DNA of 64,000 nt from Balanoglossus misakiensis (taxonomy: Eukaryota > Animalia > Hemichordata). The stretch lies in contig CM082580.2 of NCBI GenBank assembly GCA_040954595.2, forward strand, positions 10,890,390-10,954,389, in the 5' to 3' direction. Every line of letters begins with the position of its first letter. The stretch's first letter is position 1. Position numbers and translations under genes: made by a program. Shown piece by piece: positions 23,495 to 35,200 of this stretch. The notes below the pieces were generated by a model. That model saw only the letters and a list, made by a program, of their open reading frames with translations, had not been told where the DNA came from and made no database searches.

Positions 23495-25942
23495 ATTATT
23501 CTTCTTCTTCCGAGAAATATGTCATTGTACATCTGGAAAACCGCAGCACCTAGGGGGCTGAAACTTGGTAGGGTGGTAGGGGCCAATGAGTAGATGTGCA
23601 GTGGCTCGTGAATATTTAATTAGTCACGTGACCTGGCGGCCATATTGGATTTCCTGAAAATGGTTGAACGAGTCCTTCTCAAAAACCACTGGGCCTATCG
23701 AGTTCAAATTTGGTGTCCAGGTAGCCTACCTTCTGTCCATCATTTTACCCCCTTGAAATCATGACGTCACACATAAAGTTTTTTTGCTACAATTTTTTTT
23801 CTGAAAAACTACTTAAAACTTTAAAAATCTTCTTCTCCAGAACCAGCGGTTACCGAGTCACGGGATTTGGGATATGTGGTCACCTAACCTATGTCTATCA
23901 AGTTTGCGAGGCGCACTGTCATTGGTCAATCATTATGGCGGCCATGTTGGATTTTCGGAAAACCATTGAAAAATGAAAATTCCGTTTAGTAGCCAAAATG
24001 TTGACATCACGTAAATTCTTTTTTTGGATATGAGTCATCATATGACCGGAAGTTGTCACAATTTTTCGGGGCAATTTTCACATAACCTTTGACCCAGTTT
24101 TAAAACAACTAATTATATATGCATATTCCCCATACCGCCTCTTGTAAAAGCACCACAGTCATGAATCTTGTGGACAGGGGTACCAATGCTGCCAGGACAT
24201 TTCACAAATATTTTGGTAATTTTGGCAATGACCTTTGACCTATTTCTGACACATCATCTTTCTGCATACCTAATTCCATGCTAAGCAATAGGGCTAGAGA
24301 TCTGGTATTGGTTGGACATGGTCCACTCTGGGGTCAAAATTTTATGCCCTAATTTTGGGTGACCTTGGGAGACCTTTGATCTACTTTTCCATATCTCAGC
24401 AACCAGAGCAGTTAGAGCCCTGGCTTTTATGGTGATTGAGCACATAATGGAGTCTTACACAAGACCTCATTAATTATGCGCATACCTAATTGCAGGCGAA
24501 CCAATAGGGCTAGGGGTCTGGTTTTTTGTTGGATCTAGATTAGTATGGGACCCAATTTTTTTGCCAAATTTTGGGGTGACCTCAGGTGACCTACTTTCCC
24601 ATAACTTGGTATCACCAGCAGATACAGCCTTGGCACTTGCTGGTCACCATGGGAACCGCTTGTGCCCCGCCAACGCTGCTTGCAGCTTTAATTCTTTATT
24701 ATTATTATTATTCTCTTCTTCTTCTTCTTCCGAGAAATTCGGCCAGGTAGATCTGGAAAACCGCAGCACCTAGGGGGCTGAAACTTGGTAGGGTGATAGG
24801 GGCCAATGAGTAGACGTGCAGTGGCCCATGAATATTTAATTAGTCATGTGACCTGGCGGCCATATTGGATTTCCTGAAAACCGTTAAATGAGTCCTTCTC
24901 AAAAACTACAAGGCCGATCGAGTTCAAATTTGGTGTGCAGGTAGCCTACCTTCTGTCCATCATTTTACCCCATTGAAATCATGACGTCACACATAAAGTT
25001 TTTTTGCTACAATTGTTTTTCTTAAAAAATACTTAAAACTTTAAAAATCTTCTTCTCCAGAACCAGCGGTTACCGATTCTCGGGATTTGGGATATGTGGT
25101 CACCTAACCTATGTCTATCAAGTTTGCGAAGCGCACTGTGATTGGTCGATCATTATGGCGGCCATGTTGGATTTTCGGAAAACCATTGAAAAATGAAAAT
25201 TCTGTTTTGTAGCCAAAATGTTGACAGCACGGAAATTCTTTTTTTGGATATGAGTCATCATATGACCGGAAGTTGTCACAATTTTTCGTGGCAATTTTCA
25301 CATGACCTTTGACCCAGTTTTAAAAGAACTAATTATATATGCATATTCCCCATACCTCCTCTTGTAAAAGCACCACATTCATGAATTTTGTGGACATGGG
25401 TACCAATGCTGCCAGGACATGACACAAATATTTTGGTAATTTTGGCAATGACCTTTGACCTATTTCTGCATATCTAATTCCATGCTACCCAATAGGGCTA
25501 GAGGTCTGGTATTGGTTGGACATGGCCCAGTCTGGGGTCACAATTGTATGCCCTAATTTTGGGTGACCTTGGGTGACCTTTGATCTACTTTTTCATATCT
25601 CAGCATCCAGAGCAGTTAGAGCCCTGGCTGTTATGGGTAATGAGCACATAATGGAGTCTTACACAAGACCTCATTAATTATGTGCATACCTAATTGCAGG
25701 CGAACCAATAGGGCTAGGGGTCTGGTTTTTTGTTGGATCTAGACTAGTATGGGGTCCAATTTTTTTGCCCAAATTTGGGGTGACCTCAGGTGACCTTTGA
25801 CCTACTTTCCCATGTCTCGGTATCCCCAGCAGATACAGCCGTGGAATTTGCTGGTCACCATGGGAACCGCTTGTGCCCCCCCAATGCTGCTTGCAGCTTT
25901 AATTTATACATGTATTTACAAGATGAATGAAACTCCAGTATT

Positions 25943-26296
25943 TCATATTTGAACAGTGGCATAAACCCTCCTTTGCTGGCAGAGCTCAATGTTATTCGCA
26001 CAAGGCAGGTCCACTTGACCTATGACCCTGCTCTGTGTGAACTTATCAAGTTGGTGCATGGCCACAATGACCGGGCACTGGAACATGGCATTCTGGGACA
26101 CGTCGCTGTTCTCTTTCACTGTCTCTGGTTTCAGCCACACCACTGGCAACTCGGTTGGCGTGGGCAACGAGGGTTTGTAGGCCTCGTGGTAGATGTTCCC
26201 GCGTTTGCTATCCCACAATGCATTGTGTAGGTGCAGGCCTGTGATGTACACTCCGCTGTCTGGAGGTGAGGGAGGGGGCTCCGTGGAACCAAGAAC
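25943..26296 (-). CDS. DNHD1: Last exon of DNHD1-like dynein (C-terminal domain)
   Basis: Acceptor at 26297; SGVYITGLHLHNALWD...LPVVWLKP...FQCPV...LPCANNIELCQQRRVYATVQI-stop. Confidence 0.9.
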   Translation of the reverse strand, partial: VLGSTEPPPSPPDSGVYITGLHLHNALWDSKRGNIYHEAYKPSLPTPTELPVVWLKPETVKENSDVSQNAMFQCPVIVAMHQLDKFTQSRVIGQVDLPCANNIELCQQRRVYATVQI

Positions 26297-29200
26297 CTGT
26301 TAGTGAGAGAAGAACAAATGAAGATGACCTTATGACAAGTTTACATGAGAATCTGTCCAACTTAGTTTTTGACTCTGAGTCAACTTCTCTCTCTCATTGA
26401 CATATATTTGAATTTTGAATTTTCAATACAGTTAAATCTTCTGTTCTATCTGACTTGCCTGTGTCTTGATCGTAAGTGTGTGAGCTTCTAGATATTCACT
26501 TCTTGCATGTTCCATGAGCACACACTGCATGAACACATCCGGTTTATCAAACACAGCCAGGTTGTACACCGTGCTCGGGTTCTCCCTGTCGCAGTATCTG
26601 ACCAACATTTCCAGCTTCTTCTTCAAGTCCCCGAAGAAAGTTTCGATGCTCACAGAAGACGGGTAGTCCTCTGGCAGCCACGTCTGCGGGACCAGTCTCA
26701 GTTTGAGCGCGTTCAGCATGTAGTCCATGATGGAGGTGCAGGCGATCTCGCCCTTGGCGGCCGAGACGCACATGTGCACGTCCTCGTGGATGGTGCGCAG
26801 GATCTTCTGGTGGGTGTAGACCTCGGCGGCCAGGAAGTTGCTGATGTGGCTCAGGCTTTCGTCCGGTGGCTGCGGCAACGGAGGCAGATCTTGGAGATAG
26901 GCGGTGATGTCTTCCAGACTCTGGGAGATGCTGTCGAGGATGTCCATCTGCAGGTTGGGACCGAAGGTGGACATGCCGGCTATCCTCTTCAAGCCGTCCA
27001 GAAGGTTCCTGTGGCAGGGATTGAGAGATATGTAACTGTCAGTACAGAATTCACACTGCTGGGTATCAGCTGGCTGTCACACCACTCCCCCTCTACCTTC
27101 CTCCATCTAAAACACGGCAGCAAACGCACGAAATTCATACATTGTCAGATATGCCTGTACATTTGCTGATTCACTCACCCACTGTACAGCGTTTGCAATC
27201 CCACAGAAGCTGTCTCTGCAAGTCCCAGCTGATGTGCCGTCACTTTCTCTTTCATGTTGTCGAAAACCTCTTGGTAGCCCTGGTAACTACCATTCTCCTC
27301 GCTGGATGCTTCGTCTTCTGGCAGCAGTGACTTCAGCAGTTCGCTCACTCCCATCAGCTTCTCCTTCTGTAAGATACACACACATTTTTGGAGAGTTGTT
27401 GAGTAAACTCTCCCCAAAAGAATTCAGCTTGAGTCACCCTTGTTGGCTCAGATGACCTGCTTTGGAAAAGTCATGTGACAGAGTACAAATACATGTACAT
27501 GTACACTAACTTATACACTGTTTGTGTATATGCACATTAGTCTGTTTGGGGTTAATACTACATCTACTAGAATGAGATGACGCTCTCAGCTGACCTGTAA
27601 TTTACTGTCCTCTGCTGGGAGGAGACAGGCATCGCTCACGGCTTGCACAGTGTTCTCATCATTCTTGTCAACTGTGTGACCGCCATATACAACACTACCC
27701 AGGATGCACTGCAGTGCCCGGTGGGTCTCTCCTCCACACATGCCGGAGACGTCTAGCAGACACTGAACGGCCGTCTTGAAGTCCTCACTAGACCTAATAA
27801 GGAAGTCACAAGATTTATGAAAATTAAAGCATTATTATATACATATAGTATCCTGTCATCTGCTAGCAATAATACAGTAACTGGCAGCACATAGGGTATA
27901 ATATATCTACAGGATATGCACAACGACCAGAATCTGACTTACCAGTGACAGTCCTGTACCAGTGCAAACTGTTGGTAACTTCTCCTGTTGTTGAGTATAG
28001 TGTATAGCAGGGACGATGCAAACAGCAAGTCACAGGTTGGCTGCAAAGACAGAGATTGGTGAAATGTACTTATAGCAACGTACATACAAAGATTGAATTT
28101 TCAATACTTTTTGATACTCTCTTATCATAGCCAAACAAAAACATGGTCAGTCATTTATTGTTTGACCAGCACAGTTCACCCTTATTTGCTTTATGTGGAT
28201 GCATCCACAGCATAGAAAACAATGGGACTGAACCAAGTTGTGGTGTTGGATGGGGGGGGGGGGGGATTTACCTTCGACTGTGCCACTGTGCTGAAGTGTT
28301 TGCTGGCATTAATCATCGCAATGCTGTCATTGTAACATTTTTGCAGGAGTGTCTTGAAATTGGAGCTGGTCTCACAGTTCACTTTGTGGCCATGTTGAAC
28401 CACTAAGCCTGCAAGAGAAAGGCACATATTTCCACTTTGAACACTAAACACTCTTGGTGAAAAAAACAGCACACACAAAAAATAACTATAATATAATCAA
28501 ATATCTGAATGTCATGGTAACTCGACTGTATTTACCTGGTAAACATAGATCACTGTCAGCTGCTGTGACCATCATCAGTCTGAAGGTTGACTGTACTGTT
28601 GTTATTGTTGTTGCCTTGGATACAGATGTTGCCGTGCTTGTACGACTGCTGCCTGCTTTGCTGCCAATGTCATCACTCTCTGTGTTGGCTTCAATCATTT
28701 CCTAAAATAGAAAGGGGGGGGGGGGAGGGAGAGAGATAGCTTTAATGACACTGAAACAGCACTAAATATTGCTGACTATCTTTCTATGAAACAAACTGCA
28801 TGCAGAAAACTGTGACAATCAACACTTGGCCATACTGCCTATCTTATGGCATCATATAAGTCTTCCCATTTAACTGACTGACTACCTGAGAGGGAAAGAT
28901 GGACATGAGAAGATTTACCCTGATCAGTTGAATCATCTCTTTGTCCCATTCCTCCACGAGGTGGCAGTTGTTGAGTACGACCCAGTCACCAGATGCGGCG
29001 CTCTCTTGAATGATGCGCACAGCTTCGTCCATCTTCTGCGCCGTTCCCAGCGTCACCGTGTGGATGCGCCCTTCCATTCCGTGCTCCTTCCCATAATGCA
29101 GCACTTCAGCTACTGGGTCGTAAAGACAGTGACCTGCAGAAAGGGAAAGTTAGTGCCACCATTCATCCTCTCAATTAATTATAAAAAAAAACGTTTCCTC

Positions 29201-32200
29201 AGATTCATGGGAATTACAGGACTGCCATCCGAATTCATAATACAGAACAAATGAAAAACACGACCAATTTTCCCTATTACCTTTGGAAGCATTGAAATCC
29301 TGGTTTCCATGGTAACTGGCGGGCATGATGAAGACAATAGGTGTGTGGGGATTGGTTGCCTTGATAGTTGCCTCAACACTGTAGTTTTCAGATCTGGCCA
29401 CACTGGCTCCCAGCTGATACACTGTGATGTCTTGACAGAGCTGAGACAGCTAGAGTAGAGGGAGATAGAAGCAAGAATTCCACATCAGCGCAAACTACAA
29501 GCCTCTTTAAAAATCATCTCAGAGTTAGAGAAAAGATATTTTGATATAAAGAAAACCATATTTGACTTACCAAGTGGGGCTGCATTATTCTCCATATAAT
29601 AGCTTTCTGCATCATGTTCAGGTGAGCATGGTTGTCGTCAGGTACCAGGGATATCAACACTGGTGTACTCTACATTCATGATAGAAAAATAACAGTGACT
29701 TACAGGTAAAAACGCTGAGCAAAACAAATTGAGTCGTAAACTTTATAGATGTCAAACAATTGTTTCAACTATTTGAAATCTGGGTTGAAATCCCAGTTTG
29801 TAGACTATAATACTAGTAGTACTCATCCATGGCCTAGACAAGACCCCATTCATAAAATAAATCAATGAATTTTTTTGTTACAAAGTTTCTTCTTCACAAA
29901 TAGCTACAGCTGGTACATATTGACTGATTTAAAACAACTGACACTTGACTTTTAACTGACAGAAATGTAACCAAAATGTAACAGCAAACTTGCTACATTG
30001 TTTCAAGGTAATGAATTAAAGTATATTTGACTGTGGGTATATTGTACTACAATGTTACATCAATTGCAACATTGTATCAGATGTTCTCAAAAGCCTGTCT
30101 GGATGTTTGTCTGACTTCCAAATTTTTCCTGTCTAGCTTTGTCTAGCTTCATATACTCACCTCAAAATATTCCTGCCACTGTTTGTTGTACTTTATCATG
30201 GAATCACGCAGACCTTCAAAATCTTCCAATTCTTCCAGAATTCCAAAATCAAGCCAAGCCTGTGATTGAAAAAAAGGAAGAGGTTGAATGATTTTCAGAT
30301 TACATTAAAATGATCTACTAAAGTGAGAAATTGTTTCAATATGGGTACACATTTTTACCACAAATGAAAACTAATTTTCTAAAACTTTCAATGTCCATAG
30401 ATCTGTGTAATGAACCTCTCATTGTGGAATACATACAGCAATCACAATTAGTTTTGAATTCTTATCTTAGGGATTGAACCACACACAGAATCTAAAAGCA
30501 CTGTGATGAATATGCACAATAGAATAAAACGTCACCTTTTCTGACATCCACGCCGGCTTCTCACTGATATCCTTGGTATCCGAGATCATTTCCATGGTGA
30601 TGCCATCCACAAAGATGGACCACTCCTGATTGGCCACACCGCCGGTCATTCTCAGCTTCTCCATGGCGACCAGGAAGGCGAAGAGCCGCGAGTGCTGGCT
30701 GGAGATGGCCTCGGCGATCCACCGATGGACGCTGTGGGTGAGCAAGTCCACCAGCTCGCTGGCCCTGGCCTTGGGCGAGACGCCCACCGCGCCGGTCTTC
30801 CCGGGACTCCGCAGTCTCAGGGTGTCCTGGATGATCCCGAGGAACGCCTGCAGCTTGAACTGGTAGAGCGGATGCAGCTTGGGCAGGTGCTTGATGACGG
30901 AGAACAAGACGGATCCCTGCTTTGCCACCGAGATGTAACTCTTTCTCTTCTCTTCCAGCTGTTCTTTGAAGAGCTGGGTTTCAGCGAGACTGGTCTGCAT
31001 GGCTAGCGTCTGCTCCTGACAGTCCACCAACGCCGGCAACATGTCATCTTGCTCCAAAATGCTGTTCCTCAGATTCAAGGTCTTATCAAGTATGCCATCC
31101 TTAAAAGCAACAGAGACAGTAAGTAAATAAATTTAACAATATTTTTTTAAAATTTTCGTCTAGCCCAAATAAAGTGCATCTTACAAGTACACAAATCAAC
31201 TGAAAAGTAGTAGAAAGAAGGATGGACCATCTCATTCTTACCTGGACGTCCTTCAGCTGTTGTTTATAGTGTCTGAGGTCGGACTCTACAGACCTGTACT
31301 GGTTTTCATACTCAGGTCTTTCAAAACTCAGTGTCAGTTGCAAGACTCGGTCAAAGACTCCTTGCTGGCTGACTGACAGATCAATAACACTTGCATGTTG
31401 TATGGGCAGAGGTAACAATCCAGCACCTGAGAGAAAAAACAAATAGCATCAAGATATTGGTCCCAGTGTCATTACAGGGTGAAAAAATGTGTTATAACAG
31501 GATGGAGTCTCACAATGTAAGATCAAAAGAATGTCCTTCTGTGATAATACTGTTTGATAGTTTGACACCCATACACATAACAGTGGCAATGCTCAGAACT
31601 AAATCTGTCAAAAAGTCACCACTGGATATGATGCCTTATGATGCATTAGATTACTGAACAAGAAACAAGGAGAAATGTCTACAAGGTTGGAATTTTGACA
31701 ATACTGCAAAAGTCATACCTTTGATAGTCAGTGGTACAGAAGTTACAAGGAAGAGCTTGAAGTCCAAGTGATACTCAAACTCGTTGCCACCAATCTTGAC
31801 GTGTTGTTTCCCTTCCTCATCGGTGGTTACGTTGCGGTGCAACAGATCGTACAGGGCGTAGTCCAACGGTTGTCTCTCAATGTTCGTTATCATCAGCGTC
31901 AGTCCAAAGGCCAGGGCGTGCACGATGTAAGTGTTCAGCTCATGGTCGTCTGCCGAGACGATCAAGAGACCGTCTGCCGGTTTGACGAAACCTGGATCAA
32001 TGTCGATGTCCCAGGCTTCGAAGTCATCCAGTTCACTGGCCCCGTGTATGTCTGTGGCTGTTTCACTGTCAGCGTACATATCTTTCCCAGAAATACCATC
32101 AGCAAAACTGAAAGGTGAAATAAATTGGCATAATTTATTTATTTAACCTAATGATCGCTGATGTGTTTGATTTGACAAAAGTTAACCTATCATAACAATG

Positions 32201-35200
32201 ACTTTTGATATAGTGTAGTGCCTCTTCATTTAGCAAACCAAGTTCAAGAACTTCTATATATTTCACATGAGGTGTCTCGTTTCCATTAGGTTTTATTCTG
32301 CAAGAAAATATGCTAGTGTAAGTACTGCCATTGGATATGCTAAGATTGAACTCTTACCTTGTGGTCCTTGGAGTGAAGTCATCAATAATGCCAGTCACAG
32401 TGTCAATACCAGTGAATGTACTCAGTCTGGTTTCTTGGTCTTGCCGGTCAGTACCCGACTCCCAATCATCATCCAGGGCAGCTCCACCACCCATTGCCAT
32501 GGCAACATCATCCAATCCTGCTCTGTGTTCTGCTTGTGGAATGTCTGTGTGAATTGGTGCAAAAAACGTATTAACACTGTGATGAATTTACGAATCACGA
32601 GTACCTTTGAACAGATACAGCATGTGTGTGAAAATGCAACACAAGACTTTAGCAAAGAAAGTGAAATCCAATCCAATGTTCTTGTAAATACCTGTCATTG
32701 TCAGTGTGGTCATCTGACTGTCTTCCGTATCCTCCTCACTGGGCGTGTCCCCGGCGGTCGCCACGTCCTGTAGCAGCCTCACCCACACCTCTGCCTGCTT
32801 GTCGGGATCGACCAGCAGCGGCCAACTGTAGAGCTGGTCGTGCGTGCAGCTGCGCATGATCAGGGCGTTGTGTACGGCCGCCGTGTCTTTGGGGATGCTG
32901 CGATAGTGCCAGTCTTCCTGCTCCTCAACGCTGCTGAGAACGGCTGAGGTGGTGCAACAAATGACAGTTGACGTATCATCAGAACTTGGCGATCGAAGTC
33001 ATTCAAGTGCACAGATCATGCAAGCTCAAACTAGTCTGGAATTTCATATACTAGTATAACAATTTCTAGGTATATATATAACATGAATTATATCACCAAC
33101 AAGATAACTCTTCTTACCTTGAATCGAGAAATTCTCCCTGACTTGCACAACTCCAGCCGGGTTGGCCGTTTCCTCTTGCAAGTCCATGGACGGCAGACTG
33201 TCGATGGTGGTGTCAGGCGTACCTTCTCTGTACACACTGCTGTCACCATCACCCATCAGATACTCCACATCTCTCTCCAGTCTCTGCCTCTCCCTCCCGC
33301 TTCCCGCACTCCTCCTGGAATCCCTGGAAGTCTTCCGGGATCCCGGTTTCTCGTCCTTGTTCGCCTGTATGACCAGCTCCAGGGCCGGGGTGACCGACTG
33401 CGCCTCTGGTAACAGGTCAGCGGCGTCCCTGATGTGAATCATGAACTTCCCCGAGTGGCACCTGTCCAGCCAGTCTTGCAGGATGACGTCTCTGGCGAAT
33501 TGCTCCATGGGGCCGTGGTAGCACACGCAGGCTGCGGCCAGGAGAGCATCGCCGGGTGCAGTGTTGAAGTTGCTCCGGGCTTCACCCAGTTGGGCTTTCC
33601 ACGTTGCGTTCTGGCTGGTCATGTTAGCCACTAAATTGGACGCCTTGGCTATTTGTACTTGGGTGCCCTAATTTGAAAACAAAATAAAACAAAATCAAGT
33701 CAGAACATTTCCATACTCCACATTTCCATACTCCACATTTCCATACCAAGGTCAGGATAAACTTGAGAAAAATATTACTGGAAAACCTTGAATTACCTTC
33801 ATGTTCTTCTGCATGTTTCTCACAGACCGTTGGGCTTCTTTCTGTGCCTGTATCTTGTTTTCTAACTTGACTTTGGTGTGTTGGTACTTCACTCTCTTTT
33901 CACCCAGTCTCTTCAAGGCCTGGTGAATAAAACATCATCATGAATGTACTATGTGTATGTGGGTTGTGGTGTTAAATACTGGGAAGTCACTTCAGGTATT
34001 TGAATTTCTGTCTTTAATAATGTCTAGTATTCAGAAAATGTACCAGGGGTATTATAAAATTTTCCCCAAATACACACATCTCCATACCTCTTCTATCCTG
34101 GCTTCATGTTGAGCGACAAGTGCCAGTTTTGGAGACAGATTCCTGTGGATCTCAATGTAGGCGTAGACAGCGTGGACCCATCGGCAAAGAGAGCCAGCCG
34201 CGAAGCTTGCCTTTGCCATCACTTCCGGCAGGAATTCCGGATCCTGGATGAACAGTACATTCAACTTGTGGAATATTTCATCCGGCATGTTGTCCTTGTC
34301 GTAGAACTCCAGATCCTTGAAGAAATTCTCTCGGCACAGCAGAGCTTTTCCACTTTCCCAACTGCAAGACGGAATAACACAAGGAAAATAAATTGAGTCC
34401 GGATGTGCTTCCAAGACAGCTGCATCGCAAGAAACTGTGATAATAATATTTAACTGGTGGTCAACCGTCAGTTGTAAAAGGTGTGAAACATCACATGACA
34501 GGACCTCGAGAAACTGGTGACTCAAGAAAAATTTTCCACACTACATGTAGAGGTATAGGGCTGACTCAGAGAAATGTTTAGAAATCCTCAAACTGATTCA
34601 AAGCTTTTAAAAATTATGTCTGTAAGAGGAAGCACGCTTGTAAGCTCCCATTTGTGTTCAATTTAGCCAGGTGAATGATGTACATGTCACATTCATTTTT
34701 GACTTACTCATAAGGCTGTTCAAACAGCAGACACAAAGAGTTGACAAGCTTGATGACAAGTTCTGGTGGCTTGTTGTATGTCCTTATCTCTTCCACACTC
34801 TTCTGGTCCAAACTCCTCAACGCCTGCAAGGCAGCTTCATAGATTGGATCAACCTATCAAATCAGAAACGACACAGTCAACACAAGGTGCAAACCACAGT
34901 GACAAGCTGGTCAAGTCAGGATTTGGACAATAGCTTCAAGTAGAAATTTCATGCTGACATGACTTCTCAATTGTCTGAGAAAGATTTGTGAAGTAAGCTA
35001 ATTTATTGTCACCTTGTCTCTTTCTTCTTCCGCTTGTTTCTTTAGAGTTTCCAACGGCGCCGACATCTGTGCGATCAACTCTTCATCTCGTGCGCATTCT
35101 TCTTTTGCCTGAAATAAAAACAACAAAAATTACTTTCATAGACTGCAGGCCAGACTGCTACACAACTATCAGCACTCCATTTGACACACCTTTCATCACA

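Larger units (their letters stand above)
20208..24693 (+). mobile_element. HINE-like element 2 nested in element 1 (head 20210-20242, body and tail 23495-24693)
   Basis: Hairpin TAGGGGCACAAGCC..GGCTTGTGCCCCTA; tail GCTTGTGCCCC..GCTGCTTGCAGC-TTTAATT; body highly similar to the element 1 body. Confidence 0.8.
20152..25904 (+). mobile_element. Outer HINE/DINE-1-like non-autonomous Helentron (element 1: head 20154-20190, body and tail 24694-25904)
   Basis: 5' hairpin TGGGGGCACAAGC..GCTTGTGCCCCCA; (ATT)n/(CTT)n microsatellite; 3' subTIR GCTTGTGCCCCC, stem-loop GCTGC-TT-GCAGC and TTTAATT end. Flanks rejoin as ...AATATATT|TATACATG with no TSD. Confidence 0.8.

Noticed and set aside
20128-25301. Short ORFs inside the repeat stack (e.g. 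20128-20496, 21749-21982, 23378-23593)
   Set aside because: No Rep, helicase or transposase motifs, and not preserved between homologous bodies; the elements are non-autonomous.
20360-25904. Simple tandem/segmental duplication or assembly artefact explanation for the four bodies
   Set aside because: The bodies are diverged and fall into two subfamilies, and their heads are displaced upstream in reverse order, which fits nesting rather than tandem duplication.
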